Of a stretch of 64,000 nt of DNA, positions 54,134-63,166 are shown in pieces. The notes under the pieces were generated by a model that saw only the letters and a list, made by a program, of their open reading frames with translations, did not search any database and was not told the DNA's origin. This DNA is from a virus. Within the stretch, counting starts at the first letter, position 1. The number at the start of each line of letters is the position of its first letter. The translations under genes were made by a program, and so were the position numbers. Where the stretch lies: IMG/VR virus record IMGVR_UViG_3300045988_178965, positions 96,001 to 160,000 of that record; one strand, given 5' to 3'.

Positions 54134-54182
54134 AGAAAAGAAAACGGTAGGACGAATCCTACCACCGTTGAAAGACCGACAC
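54134..54182 (-). terminator. GTGTCGGTCTTTC motif followed by a canonical strong terminator hairpin
   Basis: GGTAGGA-TTCG-TCCTACC stem (extended by AACGG/CCGTT) followed by TTTTCTTTTCTTTC, between the RNAP-like gene 2 and the next gene. Confidence 0.6.
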
Positions 54183-54272
54183 CAGAACCGCTCTACGTGA
54201 ATACAGCCCCATATCGCTACGGAGCCGTATCCAGCGAGCAGTAACCTTTGCCAGTTTTTATTGGGTACGGAG

Positions 54273-57200
54273 TTACAGCATGTCGATAGCTTCGTCCATA
54301 TCAACATCAACTTCATGATAAGACTCAGCTTCAACAGTCTCACCATTAGCCAAGGCTTCAGCCTCAGCCAATTTAACTTCCGCTACAACCTGAATTTGGG
54401 CAATCACTTCACGGCTTAAAGCTTTCAAGATGAAGCTAAATGGAGACTTGCCGTCCATATCCAAGAGGGCATTAACACCTTTGACATCATCCAGACCAAA
54501 GAAGAATGATGTGTTATAAATCTCGGATACATCCTTAGTGTACACATCAAAGTGTACATTCTTCCAGGTTGCGGTATGAGCCATGCGGACTGCATTGGTT
54601 TTATTCCAACGGTAACCTTGCTGACCGCGGCTACGTTTGTCCTCTTCGAACAGTTCTACAAATGTCTTGGCAATTTCAAACGCCATAGAATCATCCTGAA
54701 TGAACATCAGTTCGAATGCTTTTTCAAACGCCTCAGTCATGCAGTCAATGTCAGTTTCTTTATTGCGAAGGTTCAGATATTCGCAGAAACGCACCATGCC
54801 GTTTGAGTGTTTCATGTTCTCAACGACTTCTTTTTGCAACAAGATACCCATAGCATCAATAGCCAAGTTGGCCATGTCACTATAACCCAGTTTGTTGCGG
54901 ATCAGATGTGTCAGAGTAATGAGATTATTAGTCTCACTGCCCACACCTGTCTTAGCCGCAACGATTTCCTCTACCGCTGGTTGAACGTCTTCTTTTCCCC
55001 ATACCATAACGGATTTCTCACCAATCTCCTTGGTATTCAGAGAAGATAACTCATCTTCAACATAAGAGAGTTGCTGTTTGGCAGAGTTGCAGGCCAACAG
55101 CTTAGACTCGCTCCATTGCTCTTGGCCTTCATAACCTTTGGCCCAGAACAAGGTGAGGCGGTCGCCGTCAGCATCGTCCCTATTGGCCATATGAGAAAGG
55201 GCATCAACAAAGACTACTGATTCGCAGATGAAGCGATTCAGCTCCAATTCTGCTTCAGAGTCAAAAGACATCAGGGTTTTAACCTTAGCTTCATAGAGGC
55301 GGAAGTTATTTTCCATCAAGATTGGAAACTTAATAGCACCCACTTCGCCTTTCTTAGCAGCCTCTTTGTATTGGCGGTCAGCGGTAATAACCTTAAAGCC
55401 GCTTTCAAAGTGATAGCTAACTGGCAGGCTACGACCTTTTGGCAAGCTGAATTTCAAGCCCTTGTGAGAGCCGAAAGTTTCCTCGATAGCCAGCAGATGT
55501 TTGGCATGAGTTTTAACTACTCCTGCAGCTTCCCAAGTTTTAGTGCCACGGGTTTTGGCCATCAGCACAATAGAGGCAAGTGACTTGAAGAAATCACCAC
55601 CAGTAAATTGCAAACCGGAGATATGATCTCCAGTGATTGTTTCCTGTTTGTCCCAGAATGATGCACCTGGGAATACGAAACTGTGATCACCGGCAATCAC
55701 CTCGAAGCCACGAGGCATATTTAACAGACCAGGGAAACGACCACAGCCGTTGAATAAATTAACCAGGAATGTCTTCATCACTGATTGTGAAGATTCATCA
55801 CCAACAAGTGTGGTGTATTTAACTTGTTCAACTGACAATGAACCATTGCCAGCAAACATGACAGCAAATCTATCCGCCCACCATGCACGAGTCATAGCCA
55901 AGAATTCGTTAGCGGTGCAAGACCAATCTACGTTTTTGGCAGCCGCAACAGCTTTAGCTGTTTTACGACCAGTACGGCCAGAAATGAAGGACTTAAATAG
56001 TCCCTCACCATATTGACGAATCATTTGATCCGCCAAAAGAACACCGCCTTCAGCAGAATGAGATACTGCTTCTACAACACCAGCACGCTTCATCTCCAGC
56101 AAGCGAACCACTGGAGAGTAAGTAGTATCACCAGCCTTTAACTCAGACAGAAGTTCATTCATCAGTGTCATTTCAGGAGACTCAATCTCAATCCCCTCGA
56201 TCTTATCATTGATGCTTACTTCAGTACCAACGCGACGGTGGCCTTGCAAAGTGTAAAAGTCGGAGACATAAATCTCTTCTTCGATAACCGCAAAGCTGTA
56301 CACCAGACCATCTACATTTACGGTCTTAGTGTTCATTGTAATCGCAGTATTCGCTGTTTCTCGGAAGTCTGCATCATTCAACAAACGAAGCATAAATTGA
56401 CTTAAATCGCCACCCATAATTGCATGGGCGACTCCGACCATTTTGGACTTCAGCATTGGGCTGATAATATCTACACCCAAATAGTCCACCAAAGCGTCGA
56501 TGTCGCGGACATTTGTAACAACGCCTTTGGCATGGTGGAACGATACAATACGCATAGTGCCGTACTGCTGGACAAGTTCCTTGCGGCCATAACAAGCACC
56601 GCCAGCCAAATTCATAGCCAAAGGATGATCTTTGATATCAGCCAAGCTATTAACTTTCTCACCATTCTCATTGGTTACAGATAAGAGCACAGCCACCTTG
56701 CGAACACCAATGGATACTTTGGTGTCTAAATCCGGATTCAGAATGCCCCTTGCAATTGCCTTTTTGCAATCATACACCGAAATGTATTTACCAGATTCCT
56801 CTGGGTGATTGACGGCAACCATGGTATCAGCCGCCTTGCGAGAGATAAACATAGCGTCACCAACTGGCATACCTAATTTCCAGCTGGTGTCAGGACTAGT
56901 ATTCAGCAAATCGCCTTGCTGAACCTTAACACCTTTAGGAGCAGGCTTCTCGGACTTAACTACTACAACACCTCCAGGTTTGCGCTTAAGGGCGTCCACC
57001 AATTTTACGCCTTCTGTGCCAATACCGGCCAGCCAGTCGATCAAGACGTCGATGCTTTCGGTAACGGATACAATTCCGTCTTTGTAAGAAACGAAACCGT
57101 GACGTGCAACTGTTTCACGGCCAAGCGGGGAATTTACCAAAGATGTAGCCAAAGTTCCTCTCTGTGCAACTACGCGAACAGAGCCCTTTGACGGACGACG

Positions 57201-57686
57201 AATATTAATCTCAACCTTGCCCACAATAGGCAGGGATTCACCAGCCTTAATCTTGCAAATAGTACGAGCCCATTCTTTAAGGTTAGTTAATTCCTCCTGA
57301 GTGGGAGTTTTGCCGGCCTTCACCGACTCCACTCTTTGTACCATAGTTGGCACACCTTCCACTTCAAAACTATAACTCATTTCATTCTCCTTAGTTTCAT
57401 TCAAAACGATAGCCTCTACTTCTGCATTGGCCCAAGACAGGGCCTCAGAACGAGAACCCACTTCCTTGATTGCTACAACAGCCCCGTCTTTAACAACGGC
57501 CACGATTTCAGGACGCATAGCAGCGGCTTTGCTATTGCTCAGGGCAACAACCTCAATACCAGCTGCGGTACGAATACCAGCTTTGATATGAGCTTTATGC
57601 TCGTATTGTTCTACAGCAGCTTCATAAGCTTTGGCAGCAGCAGCGTTTACAGTAGTAGTGAAAGTAGAGAATTTAATAGTTGACAT
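54273..57686 (-). CDS. single-chain two-barrel RNA polymerase-like protein 2 (paralog of 38410..41850)
   Basis: Beta-like FHHAKGVV (nt 56517-56537), IKFPILM, then DDADGD (nt 55161-55178). Motif order and spacing match protein 1. ATG at 57686 with an AAAGGAAAT RBS. Confidence 0.6.
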   Translation of the reverse strand: MSTIKFSTFTTTVNAAAAKAYEAAVEQYEHKAHIKAGIRTAAGIEVVALSNSKAAAMRPEIVAVVKDGAVVAIKEVGSRSEALSWANAEVEAIVLNETKENEMSYSFEVEGVPTMVQRVESVKAGKTPTQEELTNLKEWARTICKIKAGESLPIVGKVEINIRRPSKGSVRVVAQRGTLATSLVNSPLGRETVARHGFVSYKDGIVSVTESIDVLIDWLAGIGTEGVKLVDALKRKPGGVVVVKSEKPAPKGVKVQQGDLLNTSPDTSWKLGMPVGDAMFISRKAADTMVAVNHPEESGKYISVYDCKKAIARGILNPDLDTKVSIGVRKVAVLLSVTNENGEKVNSLADIKDHPLAMNLAGGACYGRKELVQQYGTMRIVSFHHAKGVVTNVRDIDALVDYLGVDIISPMLKSKMVGVAHAIMGGDLSQFMLRLLNDADFRETANTAITMNTKTVNVDGLVYSFAVIEEEIYVSDFYTLQGHRRVGTEVSINDKIEGIEIESPEMTLMNELLSELKAGDTTYSPVVRLLEMKRAGVVEAVSHSAEGGVLLADQMIRQYGEGLFKSFISGRTGRKTAKAVAAAKNVDWSCTANEFLAMTRAWWADRFAVMFAGNGSLSVEQVKYTTLVGDESSQSVMKTFLVNLFNGCGRFPGLLNMPRGFEVIAGDHSFVFPGASFWDKQETITGDHISGLQFTGGDFFKSLASIVLMAKTRGTKTWEAAGVVKTHAKHLLAIEETFGSHKGLKFSLPKGRSLPVSYHFESGFKVITADRQYKEAAKKGEVGAIKFPILMENNFRLYEAKVKTLMSFDSEAELELNRFICESVVFVDALSHMANRDDADGDRLTLFWAKGYEGQEQWSESKLLACNSAKQQLSYVEDELSSLNTKEIGEKSVMVWGKEDVQPAVEEIVAAKTGVGSETNNLITLTHLIRNKLGYSDMANLAIDAMGILLQKEVVENMKHSNGMVRFCEYLNLRNKETDIDCMTEAFEKAFELMFIQDDSMAFEIAKTFVELFEEDKRSRGQQGYRWNKTNAVRMAHTATWKNVHFDVYTKDVSEIYNTSFFFGLDDVKGVNALLDMDGKSPFSFILKALSREVIAQIQVVAEVKLAEAEALANGETVEAESYHEVDVDMDEAIDML

Positions 57687-57717
57687 AATGATTTCCTTTT
57701 TAAAGATAGCCGTATAT

Positions 57718-57755
57718 AAAAGAACCATATAAGAGACCCGGCTATATCTCTTATA
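57718..57755 (-). promoter_or_regulatory. variant hairpin ending ...TATGGTTCTTTT
   Basis: TATAAGAGA/TCTCTTATA stem followed by TGGTTCTTTTAT. It lies ~30 nt upstream of the ATG at 57686. Confidence 0.5.
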
Positions 57756-57769
57756 GGCTAGTTTATTTT

Positions 57770-58117
57770 TTATAGGCCTGCTAATTTTGCAGACCCATGA
57801 ATGTTTTTACCATCCACTTTATGGACGGTAACGACCAGATTATGGCCATTAGTGTGCCATGTTCTTGGTCTATTCTTCTTAGCATCGGTAGAACCTTTTG
57901 ACTTCCACCATTGCTTAGAAGTTTCTGTTTCCAGAAAGAAGATAGTCTTACTTCCTCCTGCTTCATAGCAAGAGTCAGAAGCTCTCTCGTCAGGTATATC
58001 TTCAGAAAGATACACACCTTTTCCCTGAGCGTTTTGTTTGCCAGGGAATAGGACGATTTCTTCGCCCTCTTTGACATTAAATATAGACGAAGAACAATGA
58101 CAAAGGAGGCGTTTCAT
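57770..58117 (-). CDS. hypothetical protein
   Basis: Trimmed to the ATG at 58117 (AAGGAGAG RBS). Confidence 0.45.
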   Translation of the reverse strand: MKRLLCHCSSSIFNVKEGEEIVLFPGKQNAQGKGVYLSEDIPDERASDSCYEAGGSKTIFFLETETSKQWWKSKGSTDAKKNRPRTWHTNGHNLVVTVHKVDGKNIHGSAKLAGL

Positions 58118-58119
58118 GC

Positions 58120-58287
58120 TTACTCTCCTTCGTATTGAGTAAGGATACGACACTCTTTCTCAGAGTGTTTTGTTGTAACCTTACAGTGTTGATAATCGCT
58201 TCTTCTCATTGCATTGCTAATACCACCGAAAGCGGCATTAATGGAGATAATAGCGACGATAGCAATCAGGACATAACGGATTTTCAT
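58120..58287 (-). CDS. small secreted Cys-containing protein (55 aa, below the ORF-track cutoff)
   Basis: MKIRYVLIAIVAIISINA signal-like N-terminus. GGAAATCATT precedes the ATG. Confidence 0.4.
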   Translation of the reverse strand: MKIRYVLIAIVAIISINAAFGGISNAMRRSDYQHCKVTTKHSEKECRILTQYEGE

Positions 58288-58438
58288 AATGATTTCCTTT
58301 CAGAAGAAATAAATAATAAACAAAATAATGAGACAGAATTATCTCATTTATAATAACACTCTGTATTGAATGCCATTATAGATAAGATAAAAGGATGTGC
58401 AGGACTGATATCCCACACGCCCTTAAACATTATTATTA

Positions 58439-58603
58439 TCAGAGATCACACTCTCCTTTTTGTTGCTTACAGTATCTGTCTACCGATGTGATAGATGTTT
58501 TCTTTACCACATTCTCAGCGGCGTCTTTGGCACCACTGAACATGAAAGAATAAAAAGAAAAGCAGAAGAATACAGCCGTGATTGCAATGATAAAGTTTTT
58601 CAT
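58439..58603 (-). CDS. small secreted/membrane Cys-containing protein (54 aa, below the ORF-track cutoff)
   Basis: MKNFIIAITAVFFCFSFYSF... with a C-terminal DRYCKQQKGECDL, similar in layout to 58120..58287. Confidence 0.35.
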   Translation of the reverse strand: MKNFIIAITAVFFCFSFYSFMFSGAKDAAENVVKKTSITSVDRYCKQQKGECDL

Positions 58604-59117
58604 GGTTAAGTCCTTTCTTAGACTAAAGAGTAAAATAAAAGATGTAGATGAGAGCAGTCCAGTTCACCCCAGGGGGCAAATTCCGGACATACCCCCATCC
58701 ACAGGAATATCATTAATAGACACCAGGTGATCCCACTCGTTTTATCTCATATTTTCCCTCATATTTACCCAGTCAGGTAATATTTTGTAGGCTTAGCTAC
58801 CCACACGCATTACATCCACATTCCTCATTCATATATCACTCAATATTTTTAAAATATATTCACACACCAATTACACTCACATCTTCACACACCTCAAGTT
58901 TCACACCTTATCATCAACTCATTCTCATTTTTCTTCCAACCAACCCCCAATCAGTCTTTGCCTATCGGCAAAATGATGGGTCCGCCGCGCCGGGCCATTC
59001 TGTGTTTTGGGTCAATCAACCCCCTTGTTTGCCCCAGGGGGCTCAGATCAATGGGGTGGGTTTGTTTTTGGGGGCGCCAGCCATTTTAAAATTTTTCTAT
59101 TTTCAAGGGACAGTTAG

Positions 59118-59146
59118 TTGACTTTTTCTATTGTTTCTGTTCTAAT
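59118..59146 (+). promoter_or_regulatory. sigma70-like promoter (TTGACT-17-TCTAAT) for the plus-strand block
   Basis: TTGACT at 59118-59123, a 17-nt spacer, then TCTAAT at 59141-59146. Confidence 0.35.
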
Positions 59147-59226
59147 TATTTCTACAGGGAGGGTCGCTCCCTCTTTCTGTCTATTGATCAAGATTTTTTA
59201 AAAAGCTTTTTAGAAAGTGATTTGTT

Positions 59227-59733
59227 ATGGCAAATTTGCGACAATCTATTTACAGTGGAATGTCTGAGTTTTTGATGCGATCAGAAAAGCAGGCACAATT
59301 CACTGCTGCTGCAACTGTTGGGGCTGCTGCCTTCGGCGGATATGGTGTTGCTAAAGGTGCTGTCTCTGATAACACCACTATGTTTGGTGGTGCTGTCGGT
59401 GGTGCAACTTTTGGTGGTGCTGTTGGTGCTGGTTTGGCATATGCTGCATCAGGTGCTCATGGGAAGGGTCTTAGGAATGTTCTAAGAAGCCTGAACAACA
59501 AAGCTTCAGGGGCTGAGTATGCTGCTGAAGATATGCTTCGACGTACAAAAGCTTCTAGTATGTCCCCATCCGACTGGGAGGCTTCTGTATTGGCGAAAAA
59601 GAACTATCAGTTCGGAGATATGAATTACAACACTGGTGACCTTGTTCATTCTGTTAAAGCGAATCGCGGATTCCAAAACGTTTCCATGACAGGAAAGAAA
59701 GAATGGGAAGCTTGGTTTGACGGGGCTAAATAA
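59227..59733 (+). CDS. Gly/Ala-rich glycine-zipper-like protein
   Basis: AAATVGAAAFGGYGVAKGAV...FGGAVGGATFGGAVGAGLAYAASGA. Confidence 0.55.
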   Translation: MANLRQSIYSGMSEFLMRSEKQAQFTAAATVGAAAFGGYGVAKGAVSDNTTMFGGAVGGATFGGAVGAGLAYAASGAHGKGLRNVLRSLNNKASGAEYAAEDMLRRTKASSMSPSDWEASVLAKKNYQFGDMNYNTGDLVHSVKANRGFQNVSMTGKKEWEAWFDGAK

Positions 59734-60344
59734 TGGGACTATTTAACACATTTAACAGAGAAAGAGCTGCATATCGTTCTGCTATGAGGGCAGCAGACAA
59801 TTCTCTTCGTAACAAGAGGGCTATGACCAATGCAGGGTTCACACTTGCTTCTGATGTTAGGGGCAAGGTTGCATCTAAAGCCTTGGCAACTGGTGCTGCT
59901 TTTGGTGCGGTTGGATATGCTTATAACACTGCAACTGGTGGTGATCCGTTTAGTGGTGCAACTAGCGGAATGATGGCAGGTGCTCTTGTTGGTGGTGCAC
60001 GTGCCGCTGCTTCTCTATCGAGAGCAGGCAGGGATGGACGTATTATCAAATCGATTAGTCAATTTAATAATCGTGCCAAAAACCCAAGTGCAGCAATGGA
60101 AACATCTACATTTTCTCAGGCTCTATTTGGAGACATGAGTGCTTCTATTGGAAAATTCAATAATGCCTCAAGAAGTCCTGTTAACAGAACCGCAAACGCA
60201 GGTAAAGCTGCTAATATGTCCGGTGCCGGTAGTCGAAACACATATACCGGTTGGAATGCCAGAGTTGTTGGTGATAACATTACCAATTCCTATGGAAGAA
60301 GTCCAGGTAAAGATGGAATGTTTAAACAAACTTGGGGAAAATAA
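59733..60344 (+). CDS. Gly/Ala-rich glycine-zipper-like protein (paralog-like)
   Basis: ALATGAAFGAVGYAY...GMMAGALVGGARAAAS. ATGA-type junction with the upstream gene. Confidence 0.55.
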   Translation: MGLFNTFNRERAAYRSAMRAADNSLRNKRAMTNAGFTLASDVRGKVASKALATGAAFGAVGYAYNTATGGDPFSGATSGMMAGALVGGARAAASLSRAGRDGRIIKSISQFNNRAKNPSAAMETSTFSQALFGDMSASIGKFNNASRSPVNRTANAGKAANMSGAGSRNTYTGWNARVVGDNITNSYGRSPGKDGMFKQTWGK

Positions 60345-60347
60345 AAG

Positions 60348-60671
60348 ATGTCTGAACAAGATGAAAGTACCGTTCTTGGTATAAAAATACCAAAAAGCTT
60401 CGGTATTATCGGTGTGTTCTCCGCTCTATGTTCTATTGTTTATGGATCATGGATCGGTGCCACCACTATGGCAAGAATGGAGTCTCAACAGGCTGCTATG
60501 GCGTCTACGCTTGAGCAAATCAAATTAGATTTGGTCACCAAAAATGAATTCGAATCACGCGTTCAGCTTCTGACAAGCGTTATCGACCGGAATAAGGAAG
60601 ATATTCGTCGTCATGAAGACAGAATTTCGAATCTTGAGAACGTGCACCGTAGAGGCGATAGAGGCGAATAA
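60348..60671 (+). CDS. membrane-anchored coiled-coil protein (lysis-cassette accessory?)
   Basis: One TM helix (FGIIGVFSALCSIVYGSWIG) followed by a coiled coil. Confidence 0.5.
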   Translation: MSEQDESTVLGIKIPKSFGIIGVFSALCSIVYGSWIGATTMARMESQQAAMASTLEQIKLDLVTKNEFESRVQLLTSVIDRNKEDIRRHEDRISNLENVHRRGDRGE

Positions 60672-60688
60672 GATATAAGGGGATTTAT

Positions 60689-61003
60689 ATGGGGACCGTT
60701 AAAGGAAACCTTATTGCCTTTATATCAAGGAAACTATTCTTCTCATTGGTCATATTTGGAGTCTGTGCTTGGCTTCTCTCTGCGGGGAAGCTAAACTCAG
60801 ATTCCTTTGAGACCATAACTATTTCTATTATAGCTGTTTATTTAACTTCAAATATCGCAACTAGATATACTGTAACTAAAGGTAAACTTATGGCGGATTT
60901 GGCTCAGGTACAACAGTCTGAGCATCATAATAATAATGATGATGGTGAACAAACAGAATATGAGGAGTATGTAAAAGAATTAAATGAAGAACCGAAAGGT
61001 TAA
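60689..61003 (+). CDS. putative holin (2 TM + charged tail)
   Basis: Two TM helices and an acidic C-terminus, located upstream of the endolysin. Confidence 0.45.
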   Translation: MGTVKGNLIAFISRKLFFSLVIFGVCAWLLSAGKLNSDSFETITISIIAVYLTSNIATRYTVTKGKLMADLAQVQQSEHHNNNDDGEQTEYEEYVKELNEEPKG

Positions 61004-61042
61004 TTTATGACATTTCTTTGGTATAAAGGAATTTAGATTAAG

Positions 61043-61531
61043 ATGTTATTAGAGAGATTAAAACAAAATTCTTCAATTAGAAGGCAATTTGGAGTTCATG
61101 GTCGTATAAGGCTGCGCTTTAAGGATGGGAAAGAGGCGTTCATATATACTCTGGAATCTCCATGGGATTACAATCCTGATGAACCAAACGGGATTGTTGG
61201 TCTCAGTTGCATCAAAGATGGAAGTTATCAGATTGCAATTGAAGAGTCTCCGGTACATAAAATAAAATTGCCATTCCTTGTTAATCCTAAGAATGGCGTT
61301 CAATTAAGACAAAAGAGTGCCATAACAGATAGATGCGGGCATGCTTTTTGTCATATCGTTGATAAGGATATTTATAGTATATATGGCAGATACATACTAA
61401 TTGGAGCAGACACGAGATATAATACTCAGGGTTTCTATGAACCAATAGAGGGTTATAAAGCGTATTCATTGCTGATGAAATATCTGGAAGAGACTAATGA
61501 TATGGAGGTAAAAATAACGTGGGTGAACTAA
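61043..61531 (+). CDS. DUF5675-like protein
   Basis: FIYTLESPWDYN......SCIKDGSYQI pattern, adjacent to the endolysin. Confidence 0.45.
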   Translation: MLLERLKQNSSIRRQFGVHGRIRLRFKDGKEAFIYTLESPWDYNPDEPNGIVGLSCIKDGSYQIAIEESPVHKIKLPFLVNPKNGVQLRQKSAITDRCGHAFCHIVDKDIYSIYGRYILIGADTRYNTQGFYEPIEGYKAYSLLMKYLEETNDMEVKITWVN

Positions 61532-62016
61532 TTAGAGACTTTAGCCATAATTGCGTAAGGCTTACTGAGCACTTTGAAGGCACAGTATTACATAAGTATG
61601 ATGATGGTGTTGGTAAAATCACTATTGGTATAGGTCATATGATTAAACCTGGTGAGACATTTCCTGAAAAGATAACCGCAGAATTTGCGAAAGAGTTGTT
61701 GATGAAGGACTTGCAGGTTGCAAAGAATGCAATATTAAAGAACGTGAAAGTTCCATTGAATCAATGCCAATTCGATGCACTTGGTGTATTTATCTTTAAT
61801 GTTGGCGCAAATGCCTTTGCAAACTCCACACTATTGAAAAAATTAAACTCTAAGGATTACGATGGTGCATCCAAAGAGTTTATAAGATGGAATAAAGGAA
61901 GAGTAAAAGGTGTTCTCTCAGAGATGCCTGGACTTACAAGACGCAGAGTTGCAGAACAGAAATTATTTAGCGCTGACCCGTCTGCAACTGATCCATTAAA
62001 ATTTCTTGTTAAATAA
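61519..62016 (+). CDS. endolysin, GH24 (T4/lambda-type lysozyme)
   Basis: LTEHFEG..L.KY.D..GK.TIGIGH catalytic-region signature. GTG start overlaps the upstream gene. Confidence 0.8.
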   Translation: MGELIRDFSHNCVRLTEHFEGTVLHKYDDGVGKITIGIGHMIKPGETFPEKITAEFAKELLMKDLQVAKNAILKNVKVPLNQCQFDALGVFIFNVGANAFANSTLLKKLNSKDYDGASKEFIRWNKGRVKGVLSEMPGLTRRRVAEQKLFSADPSATDPLKFLVK

Positions 62017-62021
62017 AAATA

Positions 62022-62047
62022 AGCTCCAGGGTATTAATCCTGGAGCT
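62022..62047. terminator. bidirectional terminator between convergent genes
   Basis: AGCTCCAGG/CCTGGAGCT 9-bp stem flanked by A/T runs on both sides. Confidence 0.75.
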
Positions 62048-62056
62048 ATTTATTTA

Positions 62057-62920
62057 TTAACCAATAGGGTTTGAACGAAATGATGTTGAGAAGGAATCCA
62101 TAACCTCTCTATATACAAGAGGAAGATTTTTTACAACTCTAGACTCTGTTGAGTCGTCAATCTCTTTGATTACTAGATTTGACGCTGAGAACTTATTCTC
62201 TAGGTCTCTTATTGAGTCTTCGCCGAACTGTACAGCAAGGAACTTCATTAAGTCTGTCGATTCTTTAAATGGGTTTTCTTCGCCATTACCTAGATGATCA
62301 TCAATCTCTGCTATTAGAGATTTTGGCATACATAAATTGATTTTAATCTCTTTATGTGGAATCCATTTAATTCCTCTATTGTAATTAATCGCAGTGTTTA
62401 CTAGCATTGCAACCAACTCTTTAGGAGGAACTACATAACCATCAAGGCTTTGTTCTACTACAGCTGTATAGTTGGTTCTGTATTCACCAACAGCAATTTT
62501 TCGAAGGTAAGGAATCGGTTTGTCTTTAAGTTCATCGTATGGTTGTTTGTATGTGTAACGATAAACTGGGTATTCGATAATCACGGCGCTTAAGAAGTAT
62601 TTGTTTTCTAACTCTTCAATACCGCGCATTGAGGTTCTCTCTTCTTTGTTTACCATGTAGATCAATGGGTAAATATTCACTTCATTGCAAGAGAACAGAG
62701 GGTTGCGCATCTTTTGCTCATAGAAAATACGGCCGACCTCATTATTTACGGTCTCATTTGAAGCCCATACATCGCGGACACCGGTAACATCATTATAGGC
62801 GATACGTGGAGTTAGGCACATTGCACATGTTGCGCCAAGGTTGTAATAAGTGATACGTTCTGGTTGTGATTGAAAAAACTGGTCTTGAAGAAATTCGCTT
62901 TTACTCATGTTTAAATACAT
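62057..62920 (-). CDS. hypothetical protein
   Basis: 287-aa ORF. An alternative ATG lies at 62908. Confidence 0.5.
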   Translation of the reverse strand: MYLNMSKSEFLQDQFFQSQPERITYYNLGATCAMCLTPRIAYNDVTGVRDVWASNETVNNEVGRIFYEQKMRNPLFSCNEVNIYPLIYMVNKEERTSMRGIEELENKYFLSAVIIEYPVYRYTYKQPYDELKDKPIPYLRKIAVGEYRTNYTAVVEQSLDGYVVPPKELVAMLVNTAINYNRGIKWIPHKEIKINLCMPKSLIAEIDDHLGNGEENPFKESTDLMKFLAVQFGEDSIRDLENKFSASNLVIKEIDDSTESRVVKNLPLVYREVMDSFSTSFRSNPIG

Positions 62921-63131
62921 TCCATATTATTGTTATTATTATTTTGTATAGAAAAATGTTTCCGACTTCACCTTACTATAAGGACTGTATTATACTAAAA
63001 AATGAGGTAAAAGTCAAATTTTTTACAATCATTTATTTTATTAAAAATCAATTACTTATATAGATAATAAATATTTTACACTTTCTTTACACTTTATATG
63101 TGTTATAAAATGTAAATTTTACAAATAATGC

Positions 63132-63160
63132 TTGACATTTATACCCAAAATCCGTATAAT
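63132..63160 (+). promoter_or_regulatory. perfect sigma70 consensus promoter (TTGACA-17 nt-TATAAT)
   Basis: TTGACA at 63132-63137 and TATAAT at 63155-63160, separated by exactly 17 nt. A second TATAAT lies at 63167-63172. Confidence 0.75.
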
Positions 63161-63166
63161 ATAGCC

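Noticed and set aside
372-62000. The remaining short ORFs on the strand opposite, or in alternative frames, to long genes (e.g. 2157..2462, 5580..5822, 6265..6684, 12282..12648, 19903..21308, 22029..22509, 26062..26620, 35825..36491, 38488..41866, 54552..57683)
   Set aside because: They are nested inside well-supported genes with recognisable products. They are typical shadow ORFs of an AT-rich genome.
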